A stretch of 38,526 bases of DNA from an uncultured Bdellovibrionales bacterium. Its GTDB lineage: Bacteria > Patescibacteriota > Minisyncoccia > Moranbacterales > UBA2206. The notes under the pieces were generated by a model. It ran no database searches and was not told where the DNA came from. It saw only the letters and a list, made by a program, of their open reading frames with translations. The translations under genes were made by a program, and so were the position numbers. The DNA lies in assembly GCA_964567695.1 (NCBI GenBank), contig CAZMNQ010000001.1, positions 1 through 38,526 on the forward strand, written 5' to 3'. Of the stretch, positions 1-8,235 are shown piece after piece. Each line of letters starts with the position of its first letter. The first letter of the stretch is position 1.

Positions 1-63
1 AGCCAAGCGGTAAGGCACAAGGTTCTGGTCCTTGCATCGGGGGTCCGAATCCCTCTTCCCCAA
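1..63 (+). tRNA. tRNA-Gln (anticodon CUG), 5'-truncated by the window edge; no encoded CCA
   Basis: Anticodon arm CAAGG-TTCTGGT-CCTTG places CTG at positions 34-36. T arm is GGGGG-TCCGAAT-CCCTC and the acceptor 3' strand is TTCCCCA. The D-loop AGCCAAGCGGTAAGGCA closely matches my recollection of E. coli tRNA-Gln. Confidence 0.85.
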
Positions 64-69
64 CAATAC

Positions 70-98
70 TTGCCTAATTAAAAATAGTATGTTATGAT
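70..98 (+). promoter_or_regulatory. putative sigma70-type promoter for the rsuA-like/obg pair
   Basis: TTGCCT (70-75), 17-nt spacer, then TGt-TATGAT (extended -10, 93-98), about 30 nt upstream of the ATG at 129. Confidence 0.45.
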
Positions 99-128
99 TA
101 TAATCCAAAAACTATAAAGAATTTATAT

Positions 129-845
129 ATGGAAAATTTAGAATATCCCATGAGAATCAACCGATGCCTGGCAAAAAGGAATTTTTGTTCACGGCGCGAG
201 GCAGATGAATTGATTAGGCGGGGAATTGTGAAAATTAATGGCAGAAAGGCTGTTTTAGGCGACAAAGTGAATGAAAATGACGCTGTGGTGGTGGACACAA
301 AAAACAAGGCAGCGATTAAGGATTGCCAATACTTTGCCTATTACAAGCCAATTGGCGTTGTCACGCACTCACCGGAGGCCGGACAAACCAGCATTGAAAA
401 GGCGGCTAATTTTTCAGCGGAATTTTTTCCAATTGGCAGATTAGATAAAGATTCGCAAGGATTAATTATTATGACCAATGACGGTAGAATTACAGACAAG
501 CTATTCAATCCGAAATATGAGCACGAAAAAGAATATTTGGTGCATGTAAACAAAAAAATTAATAATTTTTTTGTGCGGCATATGGGCGAGGGGATTGATC
601 TGGAGGATTTTAGAACCAATCCGGCTATTGTTGAAAAATTAGATGAATTTGTTTTTCGCATTGTTTTAACAGAAGGGAAGCGGCATCAAATTCGTAGAAT
701 GTGCACCGCCTTGGGCTATGAAGTGACGGATTTGAAGCGCATGCGAGTGATGAATGTTAAGGTGGGCAGCTTAAAACAAAATCAAAAAAGAGAAATCAAG
801 GACGAAGAATTGAAAATATTTTTAAGTAGTTTAGAAATTATATAA
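129..845 (+). CDS. rRNA pseudouridine synthase, RsuA/RluB/RluF family, with N-terminal S4 domain
   Basis: S4-like N-terminus (RINRCLAKRNFCSRREADELIRRGIVKINGR). Catalytic motif GRLDKDSQGLIIMTNDG. C-terminal GKRHQIRRM. Confidence 0.9.
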   Translation: MENLEYPMRINRCLAKRNFCSRREADELIRRGIVKINGRKAVLGDKVNENDAVVVDTKNKAAIKDCQYFAYYKPIGVVTHSPEAGQTSIEKAANFSAEFFPIGRLDKDSQGLIIMTNDGRITDKLFNPKYEHEKEYLVHVNKKINNFFVRHMGEGIDLEDFRTNPAIVEKLDEFVFRIVLTEGKRHQIRRMCTALGYEVTDLKRMRVMNVKVGSLKQNQKREIKDEELKIFLSSLEII

Positions 846-846
846 T

Positions 847-1848
847 ATGTTAACTGATGAAATAAAAATAAAAGTGATTGCCGGCCGTGGAGGGGATGGC
901 GTCGTAGCTTTTAATAAGACAATGATGAGTCTTGGTCCGACCGGTGGAATCGGCGGTAAGGGAGGAAATGTCTATTTTCAAGCTGTCTCAAATTTGAGCG
1001 CGCTAAATAAATACAAAAACAAGCCGAAACATTATGCTGGTAATGGTAAAAATGGAAAATCTGACAATTCTGACGGACACACCGGGGACGACATTGTTTT
1101 GACAGTGCCAATTGGTTCGGTCTTGCATAATTTGACAACCGGCGAAGATATTGATGTGACTGAAATTGACAAACCAATTTTGGTGGCTAGGGGTGGCATT
1201 GGCGGCCGAGGAAATTTTTGTTTTCGCTCGCCCAGTAACACAACGCCGGAAGAATGCGAGGAGGGATCTGTTGGGGAAGAATTTGATTTTTTGTTGGAAC
1301 TTCGGCTGATTGCTGACATTGGCCTGGTTGGTTTGCCAAATATCGGGAAATCGAGCCTGCTCAATGAATTAACCAAGGCGGATGTGAAAGTAGCCAATTA
1401 TGAATTTACAACCCTGGAGCCCAATTTGGGAGCTCTGGATGGCATCATAATCGCGGATATCCCGGGACTCATTGAAGGGGCATCAAAAGGCAAGGGCTTG
1501 GGTATAAAATTTCTGAAACACATCAAAAGAACCAAAGCATTGGTGCATTGTATTTCTTTGGAGTCAGAAAATCCAGCCGAAGACTATGCGATTATTCGCA
1601 AGGAATTGGGGGATTATGATCCGGAACTTCTTGAGAAAAAAGAAATCATTCTTCTGACTAAATCAGATTTGGTGGATAAAAAAATAATTACGAAAAAAAT
1701 TCAAGAATTCAGCAAGATTAATCCGGTCATTGAAGTTGTTTCCATTCACGATTGGGACAGCTTGCAAAATATCCGAAAAGTATTTTTGAAATTAGCTGAA
1801 AAAGTCCCTGCTGCCAATCAGGGAAATGCCAATCGGGGGAATGTGTAA
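847..1848 (+). CDS. obg: GTPase Obg/CgtA (short form, no C-terminal OCT/TGS domain)
   Basis: Gly-rich Obg fold (GGDGVVAF, GGIGGKGGNV, GGIGGRGN). G1 is GLPNIGKSSL, G3 is DIPGLIEGA, G4-like is LTKSD. The start lies 1 nt after the upstream stop. Confidence 0.95.
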   Translation: MLTDEIKIKVIAGRGGDGVVAFNKTMMSLGPTGGIGGKGGNVYFQAVSNLSALNKYKNKPKHYAGNGKNGKSDNSDGHTGDDIVLTVPIGSVLHNLTTGEDIDVTEIDKPILVARGGIGGRGNFCFRSPSNTTPEECEEGSVGEEFDFLLELRLIADIGLVGLPNIGKSSLLNELTKADVKVANYEFTTLEPNLGALDGIIIADIPGLIEGASKGKGLGIKFLKHIKRTKALVHCISLESENPAEDYAIIRKELGDYDPELLEKKEIILLTKSDLVDKKIITKKIQEFSKINPVIEVVSIHDWDSLQNIRKVFLKLAEKVPAANQGNANRGNV

Positions 1849-1898
1849 AAATTGCATTAGTATGTTAATATTTATGTAACTGTTAATTTAAAATACAG

Positions 1899-2102
1899 AT
1901 GGAAAATAATTTACTGTATGTTCTAATCGCGCTGGTTGTCTGGTCTGTGCCATGGAAGGGTTTTGCGCTTTGGAAGTCCGCCAGAAGAGGCGAAAGCATT
2001 TGGTTTATCATATTATTGCTGGTTAACACCGCCGGCATATTAGAGATATTGTATTTGTTCTTTTTTTCTAATAAACGCAGAGTTAATTTTAATCAAGAAT
2101 AA
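1899..2102 (+). CDS. small two-TM membrane protein (DUF5652-like; family name from memory)
   Basis: 67 aa with two hydrophobic helices. The WKGFALWKSARRGESIWF...NTAGILEILYL pattern resembles a family I recall as common in CPR genomes. Confidence 0.6.
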   Translation: MENNLLYVLIALVVWSVPWKGFALWKSARRGESIWFIILLLVNTAGILEILYLFFFSNKRRVNFNQE

Positions 2103-2106
2103 AAAT

Positions 2107-2814
2107 ATGTATTGGCTCTATTTGATAATCTTCATAATAGCAGTTATGATTCCGGATATTATTCAAAATGAAGACAGTCTTGGCTTGCCTCAGGAGCAAA
2201 TTGAGGAATTAGCTATTTTTTTACTGGGTATGTTTGGTTTCTTGGCTTTTATATTTAAAGAGTGGCAATTAAAAATTCAACAACGGGAAAGAGAGAAGGG
2301 TCAGCAAAGACTGCAACAAACAGCCAAGGACTTGATTGAATCCTATAATTATATCGGTGAAATAAATCGCAAGATGGATATACTGATGCAAATTGGAATC
2401 GGTTTGTCAGAGCGCACTGGCCTAAGCAAAAAAAGAGAAAGAGAAATATATATGTCCATTATAGAGGCGGCGACTTTCCTTCTGAAAGGCAAATGCGCGA
2501 CTATTATATTTTTCAATACGAAGGTTAATAAAATAATAAAAGACTGCTGTCTGGATGAAAAATGCAACAACCCTGATAGAAGCGACAGTTTTTTCGCAAT
2601 GGATGATAATGTGACTATAAAATTCGTTCAAGATTTTGTTGTTTTTTGTTCGAATAAAACCATTAATGATACGAGAGTGTATTTAGTCGTAAAATCATTT
2701 GATGAATTTCAAAGTCGAGATAATAATAATCAGGAAATTTTGAAATATTTAGCTTCCCAGGCCTTGTTTCTCTATTCTTATCTTGCGAAAAGTTCTGCGG
2801 ATAACAAGGGATAA
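2107..2814 (+). CDS. hypothetical membrane-anchored protein (two N-terminal TM helices, coiled coil, alpha/beta C-terminal domain)
   Basis: Long ORF with no competing frame, 5 nt after the previous stop. I recognise no family. Confidence 0.6.
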   Translation: MYWLYLIIFIIAVMIPDIIQNEDSLGLPQEQIEELAIFLLGMFGFLAFIFKEWQLKIQQREREKGQQRLQQTAKDLIESYNYIGEINRKMDILMQIGIGLSERTGLSKKREREIYMSIIEAATFLLKGKCATIIFFNTKVNKIIKDCCLDEKCNNPDRSDSFFAMDDNVTIKFVQDFVVFCSNKTINDTRVYLVVKSFDEFQSRDNNNQEILKYLASQALFLYSYLAKSSADNKG

Positions 2815-2845
2815 GACTAAATTAAGGAAATTATTACCATCTTCA

Positions 2846-2880
2846 GGAGGTTGAGCCTCCCTTATGGAGGCTCAACCTCC
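2846..2880. terminator. perfect 15-bp hairpin between convergent genes; possible bidirectional terminator or REP-like element
   Basis: GGAGGTTGAGCCTCC-CTTAT-GGAGGCTCAACCTCC. No U-tract on either strand, so it is not a classical intrinsic terminator. Confidence 0.5.
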
Positions 2881-2898
2881 AACAGCGATACAAGACAT

Positions 2899-3723
2899 CT
2901 ATTTTACAATTTCGTAATTTTTCTTCTTCCAATTATCCAGTCCATTCGCAAGCGTGAGGGCATTAAAAAATCCCATATCGAACAATCTGACTCCAGCTTG
3001 AAATGCCTCCATTCCATAATTATCGTAAAGAATTATTTTTTTACCCATCGATATGTCTTTTTTCTTTTTTTCAATATCGTCTAAAGGAATATTTATAGCT
3101 CCAGCAAGGTGTCCCTCAATAAATCCGGCATTTTTTCGGACATCAATTATAGTTAGATTTTTTTCAGTTTCCATTAATTTTTTCAGATCGTCGGTTTGAA
3201 TGTAGGTGATCTTAGATTGATCCGTAAAAGAATTTGGATCTCCAATGGAGATGGTTTGATTATAATTTTTCCCCCAAGCATAAAATCCACCATCCAAATA
3301 ATACAAATCATCAAAGCCCGCATTGGACATAAGTTGCACAACCAGCCCTATTGTGTCGGGTGATGCTTCGGAGTCGATTATGACATATGATTCGTATTTA
3401 TCTAACATAGACAAATCTTCGTTTAAATTGGAAAAAGGTATGTTTTGTGAATTAAAAATATGCTCCTGCGCATATTCAGCCTCACTTCGAATATCCAGCA
3501 ATATTAGCGCGTCTTTATTTTGAATTTTTTTTGCTAAATCAGCATCGGAAATCTTGGTAGCGCTTTTCAAATTATTCATATCAATATTTTGATTATCAAT
3601 GTTTTGCTGGTTTGAGTTATTTTTTGAAGTTGAAGCTCTAAAAAATGTCACAGTTGCAATCAACATAATCAAAAAAAATCCAACAACTAGGGCAATTATA
3701 TTATTATTTGAGTTTTTTTGCAT
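2899..3723 (-). CDS. membrane-anchored tandem rhodanese-homology-domain protein, cysteine-free (predicted non-catalytic)
   Basis: N-terminal TM helix followed by two rhodanese-like repeats (LILLDIRSEAEYAQEHI...NIP and LTIIDVRKNAGFIEGHLAGAINIP). The positions of the active-site loop read IIDSEASPD and ILYDNYGME. The whole protein contains no Cys. Confidence 0.8.
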   Translation of the reverse strand: MQKNSNNNIIALVVGFFLIMLIATVTFFRASTSKNNSNQQNIDNQNIDMNNLKSATKISDADLAKKIQNKDALILLDIRSEAEYAQEHIFNSQNIPFSNLNEDLSMLDKYESYVIIDSEASPDTIGLVVQLMSNAGFDDLYYLDGGFYAWGKNYNQTISIGDPNSFTDQSKITYIQTDDLKKLMETEKNLTIIDVRKNAGFIEGHLAGAINIPLDDIEKKKKDISMGKKIILYDNYGMEAFQAGVRLFDMGFFNALTLANGLDNWKKKNYEIVK

Positions 3724-3732
3724 AATATTTTT

Positions 3733-4680
3733 TTAAATCAATTTGCTGCCGACAAAATTTTTATGGCCATTTACAAAAGAAAATATTTTTGTGCTAGGCT
3801 TGCCTTCCAGTTGTATTTCAATGAGTTCAATCCAGCCAGCTTCCGCTTGCACATAGATTATATCATCAATTCTGAAAACTTCGCCAATCGCATAAACGCT
3901 TGAATTGTCAGAAATAAAATTTATTTTATTTAATTTTAAGCGCTTGCCATTCCAGATTGTAAATATTCCCGGCCAATTGAAAAAAGCCCGATATTTATTA
4001 TAAATATTTTCCGCTGAATCGTGCCAATTAATTTGCCCGTCTGTTTTTTTAATTATTTGGCAATAGGAAGTTTGCACATCATCTTGTTTTTGCGGAACAA
4101 TTTTCCCAGCTAAAAAATCAGGCAATGTTTCCAGCAGGAGTTGCGAGGAAAGAGTGTCCAGTTTTTGCGCTAATTCAAGATAGGTTTCATTCTGCGCAAT
4201 TACAATTTCTTTTTGTCGCAAAATATCGCCCGTATCGACACCGGCGTCCATCAACATAATGGTTGTGCCAGTTATTTTATTGCCGGCCAATAGGGCATTT
4301 TGAATGGGGGATGGACCGCGAAATTTGGGCAAAAGCGATGGATGAATATTAATAGCACCCAGCCTAGGCGCGCTTAAAACAGTCTGGGGAAGTATTTTTC
4401 CGTAAGCCACTAGAATAATCAAATCTGCTTTCAGATTTTGAATTTCTATCAAGGCGGCTTCATCCAGTTTTTTGGGAGTAAAAACGGGCAAATTATTTTT
4501 TTCAGCCACCAGTCTTACGGGTGATTTTTCAATCGTTTGTTTTCGACCAACCTTTTTATCTGCTTGGGTGAAAACACCCACGATATTATATTCAGCCTCA
4601 AGCAGAGAAGTTAGAATATCAGCTGAAAATTCGGGTGTTCCCATAAAAATAACTTGCAGCTTTTTTTTGTTTTCTGACAT
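3733..4680 (-). CDS. fmt: methionyl-tRNA formyltransferase
   Basis: FMGTPEFS N-terminus, HPSLLPKFRGPSPIQ motif, and position downstream of def. Confidence 0.95.
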   Translation of the reverse strand: MSENKKKLQVIFMGTPEFSADILTSLLEAEYNIVGVFTQADKKVGRKQTIEKSPVRLVAEKNNLPVFTPKKLDEAALIEIQNLKADLIILVAYGKILPQTVLSAPRLGAINIHPSLLPKFRGPSPIQNALLAGNKITGTTIMLMDAGVDTGDILRQKEIVIAQNETYLELAQKLDTLSSQLLLETLPDFLAGKIVPQKQDDVQTSYCQIIKKTDGQINWHDSAENIYNKYRAFFNWPGIFTIWNGKRLKLNKINFISDNSSVYAIGEVFRIDDIIYVQAEAGWIELIEIQLEGKPSTKIFSFVNGHKNFVGSKLI

Positions 4681-4772
4681 AATTTTTTAATAACCAAGAA
4701 ACAAATATCAAACAATATTCAATTATCAAATTTAAATAAACAAAATTTGGTACTTGAAACAGGCAGGCAGGG

Positions 4773-5240
4773 TTATTGTGGCTTATTTTTTCCGACTTTT
4801 ACTTCTTTTTCAATAAAGAGATTGCCATCCAGATGGTCAATTTCATGTTGCAAAGCGCGCGAAAGAAGTCCTTCGGCCTTGATGATGATTTCTGCGCCAT
4901 CACAATCTTGCGCTTTCACGCGAACTTTTTTATGCCGCTTGATCGGTATGAATTTTCCAGGAAAAGAAAGGCAACCTTCATCCGCAATTTCTTTCAAATA
5001 GGATTTGTAAGTGATTCTTGGATTAATAAGCGCATATGTCGCGTCATCAACTCTAATCACGCACAAGCGAATTGATTTGCCGACTTGCGGGGCAGCCAAG
5101 CCAACTCCGTTGTTTTTTTCCATAGTTTCCAACATATCCGAAACAAGTTTTTTAATGGAATCTTTTTTGGCATCCAAAACAGGCATCGCTTTTTTCAGCA
5201 GAATCGGATTGGGATATTCAACTATTTTCAGTTCAGCCAT
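4773..5240 (-). CDS. def: peptide deformylase
   Basis: All three PDF motifs are present: GVGLAAPQVG, EGCLSFPG, QHEIDHLDG. Confidence 0.95.
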   Translation of the reverse strand: MAELKIVEYPNPILLKKAMPVLDAKKDSIKKLVSDMLETMEKNNGVGLAAPQVGKSIRLCVIRVDDATYALINPRITYKSYLKEIADEGCLSFPGKFIPIKRHKKVRVKAQDCDGAEIIIKAEGLLSRALQHEIDHLDGNLFIEKEVKVGKNKPQ

Positions 5241-5244
5241 TTTT

Positions 5245-7293
5245 TTAAATTATACTTATCGGATCTACATCAATCAGCCAGCCGGCTGGCAAAGCAGATA
5301 GAATATTTTTAATTTCTGGAGAAATTAATTTATTTTTTAATTTAAGGATGATTTGTTTTCGATGCCGACCGCGGACATTGGCAATAAATGAATTCTGCGG
5401 TTCCGCGATAGCCACATCTTTGTCCGACAGTTCTTCCAAGGCCTTATATAGGCGCTCGGCTTCCAGCGAAACTTTTTTTGCATCATAATCTTGAAAAATA
5501 AGTTTTATCAATTTTCCAAACGGAGGCAAAAATAAATCTTTTCTTTCCTTGATTTCTCTGGTAAAAAATTTCTCAAAATCCCGCTCGGCGGCAAATTGAA
5601 ATATTTTTTGGTTCGGATTGAATGTTTGAATAATCACAAACCCGCGCCATTTGGAGTGCGGTCGATTTGACCGGCCGGCCACCTGCACAATATTTTGAAA
5701 AGCCCTGGAATTAACAGAAAAATCAGGAATAGTCAGCATATTATCCGCGTCAATTATACCAATTAGCGCCACATTTGGCAAATCCCAACCCTTGGTCAAC
5801 ATCTGTGTCCCGATCAGGATATCAATTTCGCCAGAAGCAAAAGCGTGATATGTTTTTTCCTGAGCATTAGCGTCTTTCATAGTCTGCGAATCAACCCGCG
5901 CAATTCTGGCGCTGGCAAACATGTCGGCAATTTCCTTTTCAATTTTTTGCGTGCCGAGGCCGATATTTTGAAAAGTGATGCCATGGCATTTGGAACATTC
6001 CGGAACAATTGAGGTTTTGTAGGTGCACCCGATACATTTATACAGTCCACTATTATCATAAATGAGCGCGCGGTCGCATTTTGGACATTTCAAAACTGTT
6101 TTGCATCCACTGCATATTGAAAAATTACTCATGCCTTGGCGATTGATAAACAGAATTATTTGCAATTTATTTTTCAAAGCATAGGCAATTTCTGAACGCA
6201 GTTTTCGCGAGATTGGGGAATGGTTTCCTAGCCTACCGGCAGGCAGGTTCTCCCACTTCTCTTTTTTCAAATCCACGATCGCAACTTCCGGTCCATCATA
6301 ATCTTTCTTGGGTGCGCCGGGAATTTTCAAATGGGGAATTTCAACCAAGAAAAATTCTTTGGTTATTGTTTTTTGATAGGATTCAATGCTGGGTGTAGCT
6401 GAGCCAAAAATTATTTTAGCGTTGTGAATCTCGGCTAATTTTTCCGCCACCGTGCGTGCATCATAACGCGGACTCATATCCCATTGTTTGTAGGACATAT
6501 CTTGTTCTTCATCCACTACAATCAAACCCAGTTTTTTAAAAGGTGCAAAAACCGCCATGCGCGTGCCGATGATTATTTTTGTCTCGCCGGATTTTATTTT
6601 CTGCCACTGTCGATAAAATTCACCTTTGGAAATATTGCTTGTTAACACAGCGATATTATCTTGGCCAAAATGTTCCCCATATCTTTCAATGGCTTGTGGC
6701 GTGAGAGTCAATTCTGGCAGAAGGATGAGCGCCTGCTGATCTTTTTTTAGTTTTTTTATGGACTCGATATAGATTTCGGTTTTTCCGGAGCCAGCGGGAC
6801 CGAAGAGTAAATATCGCGTATCGCGTATCGCATATCGTGCAGCTATTTTTTCGATGGCCTGAGCTTGTTCTTTGGTGAGTTGAATTTTTTTAGAACCACT
6901 CAAAGGTCCGACCTTGGAGATTGCCATAGCGGTTTTAAGGTTGGACCTTTTGATCCGTGCCTTAACTCTTTTGGGAATAAAAGATTTGAGCACTATGCCG
7001 AGCGAGGAGAAATAATAATCCGAGATAAATTTTGCCAGTTCAATTTGTTTTTTGTCCAAAAATTTTTCTTCAATTACTGTTGAAATTTTTTTCAACTCAA
7101 TGTTTCCCATTCTCTCAAAATCCGGTCTGTGACCTGTCACAATGCCTTCAGTTTGTCTTCTGAAAAGGGGAATGGAAACAAGCGTACCCGGAGACAGCTC
7201 AGTGTCAGACAAATAGGAAAAAGATTGATTCCTAGAAAGGGGAATCCTCGCAATCGGCACGATATCAGCAATGATTTTACCTGTCTTTTTCAT
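5245..7293 (-). CDS. priA: primosomal protein N' (replication restart helicase PriA)
   Basis: Walker A GPAGSGKTE, DEEQD box, and a Cys-rich zinc region (CSGCKTVLKCPKCD...CIGC...CSKCHG). It heads a priA-def-fmt gene order. Confidence 0.95.
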   Translation of the reverse strand: MKKTGKIIADIVPIARIPLSRNQSFSYLSDTELSPGTLVSIPLFRRQTEGIVTGHRPDFERMGNIELKKISTVIEEKFLDKKQIELAKFISDYYFSSLGIVLKSFIPKRVKARIKRSNLKTAMAISKVGPLSGSKKIQLTKEQAQAIEKIAARYAIRDTRYLLFGPAGSGKTEIYIESIKKLKKDQQALILLPELTLTPQAIERYGEHFGQDNIAVLTSNISKGEFYRQWQKIKSGETKIIIGTRMAVFAPFKKLGLIVVDEEQDMSYKQWDMSPRYDARTVAEKLAEIHNAKIIFGSATPSIESYQKTITKEFFLVEIPHLKIPGAPKKDYDGPEVAIVDLKKEKWENLPAGRLGNHSPISRKLRSEIAYALKNKLQIILFINRQGMSNFSICSGCKTVLKCPKCDRALIYDNSGLYKCIGCTYKTSIVPECSKCHGITFQNIGLGTQKIEKEIADMFASARIARVDSQTMKDANAQEKTYHAFASGEIDILIGTQMLTKGWDLPNVALIGIIDADNMLTIPDFSVNSRAFQNIVQVAGRSNRPHSKWRGFVIIQTFNPNQKIFQFAAERDFEKFFTREIKERKDLFLPPFGKLIKLIFQDYDAKKVSLEAERLYKALEELSDKDVAIAEPQNSFIANVRGRHRKQIILKLKNKLISPEIKNILSALPAGWLIDVDPISII
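6227..6247. repeat. family-B palindromic unit embedded in frame in priA (encodes LPAGRLG)
   Basis: CCTAGCCTACCGGCAGGCAGG matches the GCCTACCGG(A)CAGGCAGG core found at 8653-8676 and 27563-27586. Confidence 0.6.
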
Positions 7294-7299
7294 ACCTCT

Positions 7300-7329
7300 A
7301 TTCTACCAAGTTTGCAGATAGTCCGCCAA
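7300..7329 (-). promoter_or_regulatory. putative priA promoter; near-leaderless start
   Basis: Minus strand reads TTGGCG, 18-nt spacer, TGg-TAGAAT. Only 6 nt separate the -10 element from the priA ATG. Confidence 0.4.
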
Positions 7330-7431
7330 TACAAGCACGGGAATGTTTTCGAACGGCTAAATCGCGTTCTGGCCGTTGTCTATTTTATATATAAAGCTTA
7401 CCTTTAGACTATTAGAAGGAATTTGTAATAT

Positions 7432-7463
7432 AAAAAACATCGCCAGCCCGAAAGCAAGCGACG
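7432..7463 (-). terminator. intrinsic terminator of the small RNA
   Basis: Minus strand reads CGUCGC-uugcuuucgggcug-GCGAUG followed by UUUUUU. Confidence 0.6.
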
Positions 7464-7569
7464 CCGAAGTGATATTCAGGACCGTTATAGTTACGGCCGC
7501 CGTTTGACACCGAAGTGCCACCGGGCATGCGGACTAGGTTCATCCGCAATAAGTAGTATCATTCTTCGC
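7432..7569 (-). ncRNA. unclassified structured small RNA (~138 nt), four-way-junction fold plus intrinsic terminator
   Basis: Visibly GC-rich island in an AT-rich intergenic region. It has its own consensus promoter (7576-7604). A 10-bp closing helix joins the 5' end to nt 96-105. Three internal hairpins are GCGGA/UCCGC, CCG..GGCAC-UUCG-GUGUC..CGG and GGCCGU/ACGG(U)CC. It ends in a terminator stem followed by U6. Confidence 0.6.
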
Positions 7570-7575
7570 ATAAGT

Positions 7576-7604
7576 ATATTACTAAGGGGGACAGTTAATG
7601 TCAA
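7576..7604 (-). promoter_or_regulatory. consensus-like promoter for the small RNA
   Basis: Minus strand reads TTGACA, 17-nt spacer, TAATAT. The predicted TSS is the G near 7569. Confidence 0.6.
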
Positions 7605-7656
7605 CGCTAGACTTAAAAATTTCGCATAACAATTCGCATATACTTAAATATAAATC

Positions 7657-7685
7657 TTGCTTTTAGGCTAGCAATGGGCTAGAAT
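7657..7685 (+). promoter_or_regulatory. putative thpR promoter; leaderless start
   Basis: TTGCTT, 17-nt spacer, TAGAAT. Only 6 nt separate the -10 from the ATG at 7692 and there is no SD sequence. Confidence 0.5.
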
Positions 7686-7691
7686 TTAGCT

Positions 7692-8234
7692 ATGAAGAGA
7701 AAGATATTTATTAGCATTAATTTGCCGGATCGGACAAAAAAACGCCTTGTTAGAGCCACGGAAAATTGGCAGGATTTGCCGGTGAAGTGGAGCAAGGAGA
7801 AGAATTTGCATATTACGCTGTTTTTTTTGGGCTTTGTGGATGATGATTCCACACTAGATGTGTGTCAAAAAGTGGCCAAAATTGCCCAGACGGCGGATAT
7901 TTTTGATGTAGAATTTGAGGCGATTAAATTTGGTCCAACCATGGAAGATCCGAGAATGATTTGGGTGGCCGGAAAGGTGAGCGAGAATCTCCGGGATTTG
8001 GTGGAAAAAATTGAAAAAGAGCTGGGCATATTTTCCAGTTCAAAAAAAGAATTTCGCCCACACATTACACTGGGGAAGATTCGGAAAAACAAATGGAACG
8101 AGTTGCCGGAGAAGCCTGTGATAAACAAAGATTTTCCTTTGCTGGTCACGGTAGAAAGCATTGATGTGATGGCTAGTGATTTTGAAGGGGATGATATGGA
8201 ATATACCGTCATTGAAAGTTGTGGACTGAATTAG
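7692..8234 (+). CDS. thpR: RNA 2',3'-cyclic phosphodiesterase (2H family, ThpR/LigT)
   Basis: Two HxT/S motifs with the correct spacing: HITLFFLG and HITLGKI. Length is about 180 aa. Confidence 0.9.
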   Translation: MKRKIFISINLPDRTKKRLVRATENWQDLPVKWSKEKNLHITLFFLGFVDDDSTLDVCQKVAKIAQTADIFDVEFEAIKFGPTMEDPRMIWVAGKVSENLRDLVEKIEKELGIFSSSKKEFRPHITLGKIRKNKWNELPEKPVINKDFPLLVTVESIDVMASDFEGDDMEYTVIESCGLN

Positions 8235-8235
8235 A

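Noticed and set aside
1-1900. Integrated element at the tRNA-Gln 3' end.
   Set aside because: The genes immediately downstream are core housekeeping (pseudouridine synthase, obg). There is no integrase and no direct repeat of the tRNA 3' end.
2846-2880. Treating the 15-bp GGAGG...CCTCC hairpin as a member of palindrome family A or B.
   Set aside because: I see no sequence similarity to either family and no second copy in the window. It is kept as a generic hairpin or possible terminator.
7432-7569. Assigning the small RNA to SRP RNA, a TPP riboswitch or a priA leader.
   Set aside because: There is no GGAA/AGCA helix-8 signature and no CUGAGA...ACCUGAUCUGG arrangement. The closing helix does not compete with the terminator stem, so there is no switch logic. 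It is left unclassified.
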